Source: Blastocystis sp. Blastoise (Eukaryota; Protista; Bigyra: Opalinata). Taken from it: DNA of 64,000 nt. The notes beneath the pieces are model-generated. The model was given only the letters and a program-made list of their open reading frames with translations. It did no database searches and was not told the origin of the DNA. The first letter of the stretch is position 1. Each line of letters opens with the position of its first letter. The stretch lies in the NCBI GenBank assembly GCA_039096225.1, contig JBBPEB010000009.1, forward strand, positions 1-64,000. The letters are read 5' to 3'. Of the stretch, positions 1-14,577 are shown piece by piece. A program made the translations under genes and the position numbers.

Positions 1-372
1 AATATTTTAAATATTATATAGTTTTTTCATTGAATATAATTTTTATATTAATTAATTATACTTTATTAAATTTTAAAAAAACAATATTTATTAATATAAA
101 ACATACTTTCTATTCTATCATTTGTTTTTTAAAATTTCTGATTTTATTTTAATCATAAAGAAAATAATTCACTCGATATTTACTAATTTTAAACCAAAAT
201 CTGTCAAATAAATATATGAAATAATAAAATTACATGAATAATCATAAACGATCATAAAAATGAATCGATGAAAATTAGCATATATATATATATATATATG
301 AAAATAATAATAAATGAATTAATAATAAAGATAATATAAAAAAGAAATACACTGTTCAATATGAATTAGAAT

Positions 373-1580
373 TTAAGATAAGCCACAGAATGTTGGTTTT
401 CTTTTCATAAGTGATTGTTTTGTACAATTTGACCAAAATAAACCAATAGATGGTTTTTCGCTCATGTCCCAAGAAGGATTCGGAAGAGAAGCAGGTGAGA
501 AATAGCTATCAAAAGATTCTTTACTGAATACCATTTGTTCTTGTTGTTGTTTATTAGGCTTCGTTTTATCATATACATAAACTCTATTTTTAAATGCATA
601 ATCATTATTTTCACCATTTAGTAATAAGCATAAATGATTATCATTACTGTGTATTAGTCTAATAGGTGCATTTAATACAATAGAAGCTTTATAATCACAT
701 TTACCAATAGCAGCAGTACCATCACCAGCATAACAACGAGCTACAAATGCATTATTTGAAGAAATACGATCGAAAATAAGTCTGTTATCTACAATAGCTT
801 TATGAATAGCATGAGCAAGAGGTGTTTGATCATCAGGTAAGAATATAGAATCACTTAAGAAATATTCTATCCAATCACGTAATACTAATTTAGTTCTCCA
901 ATTCCATCTATAGAATATAGCCCAACCAGAAGGACGGAATAAACCTATATTAACAGCAGACATACCCATATCAGCATTACTTTTCTTAAACATATTCAAA
1001 AGATCTATAGGTGCCTTGGGATCACAGAATAAATTAAATGCATCGATAACTATTGTAACTTCAAAAGGAGTAGCACCAAAATATAAGGCACGTGTAAATA
1101 ATTGTCGACGTGATGTATTGATATCAGAAATAGTATAGGTTTGAAAGAGGTGTTTTTCAGGTATAATAATAACATTTGAAAATAATGAGAGACTCTCTTC
1201 AGGTACAGGAAGAGGAGTAGCTATAGCACAATGTACCTATATATATACAGAAAAAATTGATGAATAATAATTAAGAAAAAATGATTTACTCATAAGTGAA
1301 TGATATAGTTAAATAATATAGTATATGTAAAGTATATACATTTCGATTTAAAGTTTTGAGCATTTTAACAAAATTGATAGTTTCAGTTAATGATCTTTGA
1401 TGTTCTTGTTCATTGCGACCATAAGAGATAAAATAATATCCTTTTCCTCTTTTCTTCGATTCATCAATTGTAGGACATCCATTTGGACAAAGATAAGAAG
1501 GCTGTGTACCATAATGTATACTTATAAGGCTGTTCCTACATAATAATAAAGATATTAATAGTAATAAAGATATTAATAAT

Positions 1581-1648
<68 letters not shown>

Positions 1649-1689
1649 TAATAATATTAATTAATAAAGATATTAATAATAATAAAGAT

Positions 1690-1739
<50 letters not shown>

Positions 1740-2501
1740 TAATAATAATAACTATATTAATAAAAAAAATCAACAGAAGATTCATAATAATGATAAAACC
1801 ATACATATCTGTTGCTGTAACACTAGGGGGTACCATTGCTAAACATTCTTTTTGTACACAAATAGGACAATTCTTTTCATCCACTTGTGGACATTCTTTC
1901 TCTTCCACTTTTGGACATTCTTTCTCCTGTATAGTGACAGGAGGACATTCCTTTTGAGTTTCACAAATAGGACATTCCTTTTGAGCTTCACAAATAGGAC
2001 ACTCCTTTTGTGTTAAACAAGCAGGACATTCTTTTGTTTCAGATATTTGACATACTGGACAATCTTTGATACTATCATCAGGTAGAGTTGGGCATTCAAC
2101 TGGTGGAATACATTCCAGATCTATTTACATAAAACAATATTATACACAAATCTTATAATTGAGCAACATACCTCCTGTACTAGCCCTTATGTAATAATTA
2201 TTATTATCTGTGAACGTATGAACATAAGGAATCTAATAGATTTAAAAGAGATACACAAAATAAAATAATAAAACTAATTAAATGTTAAATACAGAAAATT
2301 CATCATTTTCTAATGTGAGTTGCCCCATTTCAGAAGCTTCGAGTATCTATATATTCAAGTTAAATATTAAATGAGTTGATATCTTAAAATACAATGACAT
2401 ACACGAAGATAACTCATAGAAACAAGGAAATAAAATATAGTGTAAAGAACAACGCAAAACACTATTTTTAAACTAAGGAATTCACCTTGACTTCTTTTCA
2501 T
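373..2501 (-). CDS. Type II membrane GT-A-like (nucleotide-diphospho-sugar transferase-like) protein with Cys-Pro repeat stem; multi-exon
   Basis: ATG at 2501 (MKRSQGEFLSLKIVFCVVLYTIFYFLVSMSY, N-terminal TM), then KECP repeats, then YFISYG...ATPFEVTIVIDAFNLFC...DWIEYF...DDQTPL, resembling GT-A fold transferases. Exons join via GT-AG introns; stop at 373-375. Confidence 0.6.
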
Positions 2502-3235
2502 TTGATTGAGTAGAAATAAAAATATATATGTACTTTTTTAAATTTGAAAGCTTTTTTTATATTTCGTGATTAGTTTTAAAAAGCCCTTGAAAATCTGTTG
2601 TTATTCGTAAATATGAAACATTTTTTCTTATTTGTATCTTTTTTCAAAAATGTATTATTTAAACATATATCGTTCAATTTAATATAATTGAACTATTTAA
2701 ATAGTCACAGACATTTAATTTAGATAAAAAAAATACAAATGGAGTGAAAAGTTTTCATATATATAAAAGTATTTCAAAGAAATATGGTTCTGTATTTGCC
2801 ATAATATTATTTACATATAATATTTATTTTCCTACCCTATTCATAATAAGTAATGTTAGATTTGATATCTTTAAGTAGTGAATACACCTTTATTTATGTA
2901 AATATGCTAACCTCTGTTTGTTTGTAAATAGAATTATAAGTTTTTATTGCAATCATATAACCAATTGTCCGTTTTAGTTATACATTTATTTCTTAATTGT
3001 CGTTTATTAATATACCATATATGCTACACAATTATTTATTAATTATTTAATTTGTTTAAAATGAGTATTATCAAATTTAAAATACAAAAAAAGTAATTTT
3101 AAAAATAGACTATATAAGAAAGTAATGATTTGTTTAAATTATTATTTTTTAATATACTACTTTTTAAAATAAAGGATGATGAATTTAGAAATTACATTAT
3201 TTTTCTTGTAAATTTAAAATTCATTCAATTTTCAA

Positions 3236-5306
3236 TTATTTTTTATAATAGGATAAAGGTGAATTTATGAGATCTTCAAAGGAATCTGTATAGAATAATA
3301 AATAATAAAAATATAGAAAAATCAATAATAAATATACGTTGTATATAGTTATCATCTAGTTTGGATTGAATTGAATTTTGTGTTACCTTATTAGCCGATT
3401 GTATGTTTTGATTATTGTTATCATAAAAATGTTGATTATTATAATTATTATTTTGATTATTATCATTATTATTTTGATTATTATCATTATTATTTTGATT
3501 ATTATAATTATTATTTTGATTATTATCATTATTATTTTGATTATTATCATTATTATTTTGATTATTATCATAATTATTTTGATTATTATCATAATTATTT
3601 TGATTATTTTCATTATTATTTTGATTATTTTCATCATTATGTGACATAGAATATGAAACATATGTTTGAGAAGGAGTTATAAAAGCATTCGATTGAGTAG
3701 TATATTGATTATTGGATATATTTCTATGATGAAGATCTTCAATTTGACAATTATAAGGTAGTGGAGGATGAGGAAAAGGGCAATAGGATCGAGTATTAGG
3801 TGATAATAAAGGATAAGAAGAGATAGAAGTAGAAGGAGATGTTTCAGATTGTTTATTATCGGATGAATAGACTGAAAGATTTCCATTAGAAGATGCCTGA
3901 TTCATACAACTATCATATTCATGATTATTGGAGGAATTAGGAATGGACAATGAAGAGATCTTATTACATATATTGTGTTTTTCATTTATTATTTCTATTG
4001 AAGAATCACGTTCATGTTTCATAGATATATTAGTTAATGAATTGTCATTTTTATTATCTATATCTATATCTCGATTTATATCTATATTTATATCAAGATC
4101 CATATTCGTTGTGTTTTTAGAAGAAATATATTCGTTATTATTATTATTATTATTTTCTTTATTATTTTCTTTATTGTCTCCATTATTCTCAATACTATTA
4201 TTATTACTCTCAATATTATCTCTTTTATTTTCATTATTAACTCTTTTATTTTCATTATTAACTCCATTATTTTCATTATTATTATTTTCTTTATTAATAA
4301 TTTCATTGCTATTTACATTTATATCTAGAGATATATACCTGCGAAGACCTTCTTTATCATAATCATTTAAAGAATATTTATTATTATATATATCTTTCAA
4401 AAGTTGTGACGGATTCATACAAAATAAATATGAGCCAATAGAAGCGAGAGAGAGATCTGGATTCTTTTTATATGTGATTAATACAGGCATATGGGAATAT
4501 CTATACAATATATATATAGATCAGTATATAATGATTATGACTAAGTAACGAATAAAAATGAATATAAATAAAAGTTTACAAATCATATAAAAAAACATAA
4601 TAAAATGTATAAATATATTAAAATAGGTTTACTTTACAATATTCAGTATCATATCCTCAAAGCAACTATAACCATAAGTCTTTGTATCATCATATCTAGA
4701 ATAATATATAATAGTATATATCGTATTTATGATTTAAAAAAAAATATAATAATTATCATATATATATATATATACAGAATCCAGTAATTCTGTTGAGTAT
4801 TAAGAATATAAACAATATAATGTCCCTTAACGAAACAGATAATACTGAATAATTGATAGACCACATGTTCTTGAACATGTGTGAGTTGAGAGGGTAACAG
4901 GAAGGGAGAGAGAAGAGACACAAATGAGGACAAAACATCATTAGGCAAACCAGATCGATCATGCATCTATATATATATATATTATATTATATTATATTAT
5001 ATTATATTATATTATATTATATTATTATTTATATAAAATAAAGAATCATAAGTTATTATGCATATATGTATATTGCAAGATATCATTTATTTATTTATAT
5101 ATAATATAAATAATCATACAAGTTATATTCTATATTTTTATTTAGATATTATTTATATATATATAACAAAAAAAGGAATTATACAAGTTATAATATACAT
5201 ATATATACAAAAGAGATAGTAAGATAGAGAGGAAGTTCATAAATTTGAAAAAGAGATCCACAAGTGATATTTCGAGATATACAGGAACAACTATTGATAT
5301 AGAATA

Positions 5307-5371
<65 letters not shown>

Positions 5372-5442
5372 CAAGAATGAATTATTTTGATGACAATTAT
5401 CACAAATAGGAGACTTTAATAGATGATGACATTTAGAGCACA

Positions 5443-5479
<37 letters not shown>

Positions 5480-6336
5480 AAATAATATATATATATATTA
5501 TAATAAAAAAATAATATATATATATAATTTATAATAAAAAAATAATATATATATATAATTTATAATAAAAAATAATAATATATATATAATTTATAAAAAA
5601 AACTTCTAATACTATTGAAATACTTTAATATGTCGTTTATTAATATATAAATGAATTAATTGTTCAAAAGGTGAATAATCCATTAATACTAAATTATTCA
5701 AATATTCCTGAATAGCCTAAAAAATAAATAAGTTAAGAGTAATTATGAGTATATATAAATAGAAGAATCCTAATATATACCAATACATAAGGCATAAAGT
5801 CATGGATATTCAGTGAAATAGAAAACAGATGTGTTTCTTCATTATTTATAAATAAATTTCTATTTGTACTAAGAATTAATGGATCAAAATAACGATGAGC
5901 AACACAACAACAAGGAACACGATTCAATTCTTCTCGATTCATACAATATTGTCTATCATGATGATGAATCTCACTTAATATATCCGAAAATAATTCTGAA
6001 GAATCACCAATATCATCTATATCATCATAATTATAAATTTGAAAAAAATAAAATGAAAAAAATACTAAATGGATATTTGTTTTGAAATCTTTTAAAGATA
6101 CATATACGAAGATAGGTTACTTTTGTCGAATTCATGTTGGTCATACTTATCAATAATCTACGTAGCTCACAAACAAGGCATTCACTATTGTGACATTGAT
6201 TTTGTTGATTTTCATATCTAGAAGAAAAGCAGAACTCTTGTACAAATTGATCACAATGATATAAAAATTGTATGACTGCATTTACATAACAATTATTTTC
6301 ACCATAATCATTTTCTAACACACATAAGTTATTCAT
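3236..6336 (-). CDS. Ubiquitin-specific protease (peptidase C19, USP53/USP54-like) with Asn-rich C-terminal tail; multi-exon
   Basis: Cys box ENNCYVNAVIQFLYHC, Zn-like CHNSECLVCELR, His box ICFVKGHYIVY followed by YDD and MPVLITY. Last exon ends SPLSYYKK-TAA at 3236-3238. Confidence 0.8.
3430..3640 (-). repeat. Coding 21-bp tandem repeat (NNQNNN[D/Y/E]) in the USP tail
   Basis: Repeated ttattattttgattatt units on the + strand; translation shows about 9 NNQNNxD/N units. Confidence 0.85.
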
Positions 6337-7219
6337 ACTATAACATATATTAATATTAATGTCATAAATAAAAAAAAATAATTTATATACGATACTTGCA
6401 CAAATTTTATTAAATTAAAGAATAACAAATCTCAAAAACTAGAAAGAAATTCTTTCTTTCTTCTTTTTCTATTTTTCTTCAAAAAACTGTCTACTCGTCA
6501 CTTTTTATCGTAAATTATAATTAAAAAACACATTAAAATCATTTGATGCAAAATATACGAAGATGAAATGAAATTTAAAAAGTCAATTCTATAACTTTAA
6601 CACAAAAAAAAAATATAAGATTATTGTTAATCTGTTCTTTTTGGCTCATTCAAGCAAATCATTAAAGTGATGAACTATAATATAAATTAAATAAATAATT
6701 CAAATTCTTTAGAATCAACAACAAAAACCATTATTAAAGAAAAATTGTTTTGATTATACAGAGGATTATTCATTTATTGCATACCACACCAATAAAATAA
6801 ACGTATAAACAAATACGAATACCAAAATAGTCATTAAACGATATTTTCAATAGCAAAAACATAAAATCCTATTCATTTTAGCGTTAATTCTCTTGAATCA
6901 TTTTTAATCATTTACATATTATTCACACATCATAATATACAAAACATAGATAACAATGACAATAATTATAAAAACTTAACCATTCACAAATTAGAATCGA
7001 TTTATCTTCTTTTGAGAATACTTGATGTGTTTATACAAATCTGAGTATTATTATATCAACACTATTTACTTTAACAGACAAAAGAAAACACTAAAAATAC
7101 AATAAAATGAAAAAATAAAATATGTCTGGACAAAAGTAGATATTCATGGGAAAATACTAATCGGGTTTTATTTTTCTTAAAATAAACTCATAATAATACA
7201 TTTTTATTGAATCTAGAAT

Positions 7220-8726
7220 ATGAATCATTTGATAATATTATTGCTATTGTTTTATTTCACTAAAACATGTATGTTTATAGCTCTATTTATAGAATAAGTA
7301 GATAATGATCTATTTTTTATATAGTCAGTATCACTTGTGAAGCTCCGTCTGTACCATTTAAGATAACTCGTGTTACTCAATATAATCCGTCTGAAGAAAC
7401 AGTTCATTTATATAAAGGAACATCACAAACTACAGATAATCTTGTTTGGGAATTAATTTTAGAGGATGCAGATACATTAAAAACTCTTGTATATGAAGTC
7501 TGCTTGATACTTGGTAATCAATATACTATTGTGTTGGAAGATGAGTATTTTTTGTTTATTTATTATGAATAGTTTTTTTTTTGTTTGATTATTATGAATA
7601 ATTTTTTTTTTGTTTGATTATTATGAATAATTTTTTTTGTTTGATTATTATGAATATATATATATATATATTTTAATTATTATGAATATATATATTTTAT
7701 ATATTTCCATCAATTGAATATATTCGTAATTCTAGTTACTTTGATGGATGGGATAGTGGTTCAAGTGTTAAAATCGAATATAATAATCATGTTTTCTTTG
7801 AAGGATCTGTGTCTGTTATACAAGAAGATAAATATGTTTCTACTTTCTATAGTATGTATTCTTATATATAAATTATATGAATTTACTATATATATATATT
7901 CTTATATATAAATTATATGAATTTACTATATATATATCTTATGTATTCTTATATATAAATTATATGAATTTACTATATATATATATTCTTATATATAAAT
8001 TATATGAATTTATGATATATATATCTTATGTATTCTTATGTATAAATTATATGAATTTACGATTTATGTTTTTATCTATAAATAATATTAATCTATGATA
8101 TATATATTTAGCTACACTTCCCTTATTGCCTACAAAGTTATGGAAATATAATACAGAAGGTCAATTAGATTTATTATGGGCACAACAAAATTATGAGGAT
8201 CAAACATGGTCAACTTCTTCCATTGGCTCTTTTCCTAATTATAATTCTATTAGTCGTTATTATCGATATACAACAACTGTTCAAGACCCAAATGCATATG
8301 TAGTTCATTTTGATATTACTTCTAAAACTGGCTTCATTTTGTATCTTAATGGATATTTTGTTTATAAATGGGGATTACCAGAGTATATATATATATATAT
8401 ATATGATTAATAATATTCTATACTAATAATATATATATAGAAATAGTACTTGTACTACTCCTTCTGAAGAAACTCTTTCTTCTTCTATATCTATACCGTA
8501 TCTATTTATCTATTATATATTTAATTTATATATTTATTTTTTTTTTTTGATTATTTTAATTATATATATATATAATACTATAGTCTTTACATTCCTCTGT
8601 CTCCTTATATATCTTCTTCTTCTTCTTCTCTTGTTATTTCAATTGAAGTTCATGTAACTGATGATTTATTATCGACTTCCGATGTATTTAATATTCAATC
8701 AGATCTTTTCAATGAAGCAGGTATAT

Positions 8727-8765
<39 letters not shown>

Positions 8766-11700
8766 TTATTATTATATTATTATTATTGTTTTTATAATAT
8801 TTTATATAATGATAATTTTATAATATACTCTTATTCTATATATATATATATATATATATAGAAGGTATTCGTATTGATAAAAAGTCAGGGACAAAGGAAT
8901 GTGTTCCTGATAATACAGAGAATATACTGAATTCATGTGAACAATTATTCGATGATTCCTTAAATAATAAATACTTAACTCCTAATGATATCAATACTCT
9001 AACAGTTACTTATCAATTCCCGAATCATGGGTATATATTATTATTCTATATTGAACTTATGCTTTTAGTATTCATATTCTGTATTACCATTATTACTATA
9101 TATTATATCTATAATTATACCTATGCATCTTCTCCCTTCTATGTATTTCTTATCTTTCTTTATCTTCTAGTGCGTCTTGGTTCAATCGTTATTCTATTAT
9201 AAGTGCTGATGATGTCCCTGAAAGAGACCCAAATGGATTTAAAGTCTATGGATCTATAGATAATGGAGCTACTTGGTTTCTTATCGATAACCAAATCTCT
9301 ACAGACTGGACAATTCGTTATCATGAATATATATATACAATTCCTTCAAATAGAAAAGTCTATTCCCAAATCAAATTTTTCTTTGGTACATTTTTTTATT
9401 ATTACTTTTTTTTTTTTATTTTTTTTAAATTTTATTATTATTTGTTTATTTATTATTATTATTTAATTAATATAATTATGATTACATTATACGCCTTTCT
9501 AGAATCTTCTAAATCAGACAGTCGGCTTCAGATTACAGATATTCGTTTTTATGCAACTAGTGATGCTATCCTTCCTTCTGGACTTCAGTATACTACGAAT
9601 GTTATATTATTAGAAGGACAAAGTACTGTTTCTCTATCGCCTATTTCCACGGGAATGACTGATTTCTCAATATCCCCTTCTCTTCCTGAAGGTTTATTTT
9701 TAAATGTTAATACAGGTAATATATATGGTGATATCTCTCATATATATCAAACGAGTAACTTTACTATCTCTGCTTTTGATGGTAACACAAATACAGAAAC
9801 TTCTTTTGAACTTACTTTTCAAATAGTTGGTATATACTATTATTTTAATCATTCTATTATTTTTATTCTACTTATTTGAGATATTAAAATTCTTATTTTT
9901 TATAGTTTTTTGAGATATTAAAATTCTTTTTTATTCTACTTATTTGAAACATTATAATTCTTATTTTATTCTACTTTTTTGAGATATTAAAATTATACTT
10001 ATTTGAGAAATTAACATTTTTATTATTATTATTTCATCTACTATACTCTACATTATTATTATTTTCTCTACTATTCATTATCTATAGGATGTATTCAGCC
10101 ATTAAATTCAGTTGTTATCTTCCGAAAAGTGAATAAATCAAAAGGATCTGAAGAAAGTTTTACTGTCTATTCTTCAAGTCATTCTCAACTATTTATATCT
10201 ACGGGTATTGATAATGGTAATGATCAACTAATACAAGAATGTATATTATCAGATATATTAGAAATAGAATTACATGATGATAATAATAATGGATGGGATG
10301 CAGGCGCATATCTAGAAATATCTATTCAATATTCTACATCTCTATCTTTTGTTCTAAATCGTCTCTATTTACTTTCAGGTACAACTATTACTTATCATGT
10401 GAATACTCAATTAATTCTTCCTCCACTCTCTTCTTGGTCTTATTTCCCCGTGGAAACAGAAATACCCAATCAATGGGAACAACCCTCTTTCGATTTCTCT
10501 ACTTGGAATACTATGAAATTCTCTCCTATTCCTTCTGTTAATAATAATATTATTCTCTTAAAGAAAACGATTCATATAGATTCTCTTACTAATTATCAAG
10601 GATATAAATTATTCCTTAAATCTAGAGCAGGTACTCTTGTCTATATTAATGGTCAAGAAATATATATGAATTATCTCTTATCTTCATCTCTTAATATTAA
10701 TACAACACCTACAGGAAGTGATAATACATATATATGGAATACTATTACTGGTCCTATATCTCATTTCAATCATTCTTCTACAATTACTATATCTATTGCT
10801 CATATTGTTCTACCCTCATCATCATCATCATCATCTTCATATTCTCTTGATATGGAATGTGTATTAAATCTTATTACAGATTCATCTACTCCTCTCTATA
10901 TTACAGGTACTTATTCTACTAATGATAATGAAGCAAATGCAAATTATCTTTTTGATGGAGATATCTCTACAAGATTTAGAACTTCTCAACATAATTCAAT
11001 CGCTGAAAAATATATTTCTTTCTCTTTACTGAATCATAATTCATATTTTATTAATAAATATTGTGTTATTTCAAATTGGGATACTCCTGATTCTGATCCT
11101 TCTGATTGGTCTATTTATGGATCAGATGATGAACAAACTTATACTTTATTAACATCAGAATCAAATATATCTTGGGAAGAAAGACTTCAACGACAATGTT
11201 TCTATATACCTACAAATACAAAATTATATCATTCTTATAAATTTTCTATTACAAAAGCATCTACTATTAAAGATAATAATCGTTATATGCTTACAGAATT
11301 AGAATTCTATATGGAAGATTTTGAATCTCTTATAATCCCTCCATTATCATTTACACCTTCTAATCTTGTTGCTTATAAACATATTCAAATTCCTGCTTTA
11401 TTAGTAAATTCTATATATTATTATAATTTCACAATTTCTCCTTCTCTTCCTTCACCTCTTTCTTTGGATTCTTCTAATGGTTATATTAATGGTATTCCTA
11501 CTTCATCTCATCCAGATCAAATCTATACACTTTATGCTACAAATATATTTGGTATTACTTCTTCTTTTATTATTAATTTCTCAGTTATTGATTGTACTTT
11601 CCCTGATGCACTTTTCTCTCTTCAATTTACATTCTCTGGTAATGCTATTGAAGCTGGATGGGTTCTTAAAGATTATAATTCTATAATTGTTGATTCTCGT

Positions 11701-14448
11701 GTATCTTTAGTATCTTATTCTACTCAAACATTCAGTTATTGTCGTCCTTTATCTGTATATACATTAACACTTACAGATAGTGCAAATGATGGATGGGGAG
11801 ATGGATCTCTTATTGTTACTTTAGAAGATGGTACATCTCTATATACAGGAACACTTATGTATGGTGAATCTCCTAAAGTCATTACATTTACAATTGGTCG
11901 ATTATTAAATCCAGTCAATACTTCTTGGAAAATAAAAAATAATGTTATTTCTACAGAAACAGGATGGACTTCAATTTCTTTTAATGATAATAATTGGAAT
12001 ACTGCTACAACTAGTTCATTACTTATTCCTCAAGGTACTACTCAATATTATCGTACATCTTTTTCACTTACTACTATTAATTCTGCATTTGCAGGTATTC
12101 AAATTACTACAAATACTTATGCGGGTATGATTGTATATGTAAATGGTATTGAAGTAAGACGTATTAATATGCCTGAAGGAATTATTACTTATGATATGGA
12201 AGCTACAGATGAATTTGAATCTTATACATCTTTTACCTTCTCTATGTCTATTAATATTGTTCCTCTTTATATTGGTAAGAATGTAATTTCTATTGAACAT
12301 CATAAACGAATGAATATACCTGCTTCAAATCAACTATCTCTTCAAGTTTCTTATGTATCTACTAATGAATATCGTGTTATAGATGGAACTGCTTTCTCAG
12401 ATATACTTAAAGAAGGAGATGAAGGACATATCATGCTTTGGGATAATAATATTTATACTAAATTCTTATCGGGTCCTCGTTGTATTGGTGCTATTTTCCA
12501 ATATACATATAATAATGAACGTCGTGAATATATTAATCATTATAAAGTAACTAATGCAAATGATTGTAATACGCGTCATCCCTCTGCTTGGAGACTTGAA
12601 GCTTCGAATGATCATGGTATTACATGGTCATTACTCCATGTATCACGTAATCAATATTGGACTTCCTATCGTCAAACTATGTCTTTTGATTTTTATAATG
12701 CACAAGCTTATAATTCTTATCGTATAGTTGTTACTGAATGTGATAATATAGCTCTTTCTTCAATGTCTTGTGGTGATGGTAATATTCAACTCTCTGAAAT
12801 TGGTTTATATATAATGAATACTTTAGATGCTTGTCCTGCAGAAGGAGATTATAGTCCTGCTCCTGAAGGTGGTTATTCCTTTATTGATTGTCCAATAGGA
12901 TATAGTGGATATAAACGTCGTCCTTGTACAAATCATGTACTTGGTAGTGAACAGAATTTTTGTATTCTTAATAGTCCTTCATCTATTGTATATCCTCATA
13001 ATTATTATACATTATATACATATACACAAGTCAATCTTATTCCTACAATCATAGGATCTAGTTATGCAGTTACTATTACTCCTTCTCTTCCTAATGGACT
13101 TCATTTTAATAATGATAATGGTGAAATCTTTGGAGAATCTACTATTCCTTTATCTCTTACTATATTTAATATTACTGTAACAAACTCTCAAGGATCTATT
13201 TCTACATTATTATCTATTAATATTATTATTCCTACTTGTTCTCAAGAAGGATCTTGGTCTATGACAAATGCTGGTGAATCACTTATTTTACCTTGTGAAG
13301 ATCCATTGAATTATGAAGGATTTAGAAGACGTAATTGTAGTATTGGATATCCTTCTATTTGGTCATCTATTGAATCAACTTGTCAACTTTATTTACCTAC
13401 AATCTCTTATCCTTCCTCTTCTATATCAGGATATAAAAATGATCCTATTTCTAGTATTACTCCTATACTTTCTGGAGGTCTTCTTAATCCATTAACTATA
13501 TCTCCTTCTCTACCTACAGGTCTTTTCTTTGATGATATTACAGGTACTATTTCTGGTACTTCTATTATTTCTATTCATCAAGAATATAGAATAACATGTT
13601 CAAATTCTAGAAGTCAAAGTATATTTGAATTAATGATAGATATAGAAAATGTATATTGTGAAGAAGAGAATATATGGAATAAAACAGAACGATTCTTAAC
13701 AGCTTATGCATTCTGTTCAGAAGAATTTAAAGGTGTTCAAACACGTGATTGTGTTAATAATAGTACAGGTTTAGCTTCTTGGATAGATATTAATGATTCA
13801 AATTGTTATACTTTAGAAGAAATTATTAATCCTCCACAATCTTATATATATATATATTATCCTATTCTTCTTTCTGGTTTAACTGATAATATATTTACAA
13901 ATGCACGTACTTATGAATATTTCCGTTCAATATTTGTAGATTACTTACATGAATATCCTGTTAATTCTACTACTATACAAATAAGTAATATAGAATCAAA
14001 AGAATCTTCTATTAAGATAATGTTACGTATATATATAGATCAATCAAATCAAGATATCATAGCTCCTTTAGTTTCTACATTTATAACAAATCCTATTTCA
14101 GGTTTGACTTCTTATTGTCAAAATAATGATGATTCTCTATTAAAATCTGTTACTGGAACACGTTTAGATGAAGAAGGATATATAGTATATACACATCAAG
14201 AAGAACCAACAGTCAATATTATTCTTATTATAGTTATTATTATTGTTGTTATTGTCATTATTGTTATTATTACTGTTGTTATTATTCTTATGAAAAAAAC
14301 ATCTAAAAGTAATAATAATAATAATAATAAAATTGTTCCTCATGAGAAAATAAATATACAAGTAAACTCTAATGATATTCATAAAGATGTTAATAATAAA
14401 GATGTTAATAATAAAGATGTTAATAATAATAAAGATAATAATAAAGAT

Positions 14449-14487
<39 letters not shown>

Positions 14488-14490
14488 GAT

Positions 14491-14541
<51 letters not shown>

Positions 14542-14577
14542 TCAGTATCTATTTCAATACCCAATTCAAATAATTAA
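7220..14577 (+). CDS. Large type I membrane surface protein: signal peptide, discoidin/F5-8C-like and jelly-roll domains, putative-Ig (He_PIG-like) repeats, HRM-like Cys modules, TM, Asn-rich tail
   Basis: MNHLIILLLLFYFTKT signal. Repeated F/YxISPSLPxGLxxxxxxGxIxG (putative Ig), LFDGDISTRF...DPSDWSIYGSDD (discoidin-like) and CxxEGxW...C...G..RRxC (HRM-like); TM IILIIVIIIVVIVIIVIITVVIILM. Nine introns lie before 10088, followed by one 4.49-kb exon. Confidence 0.85.
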
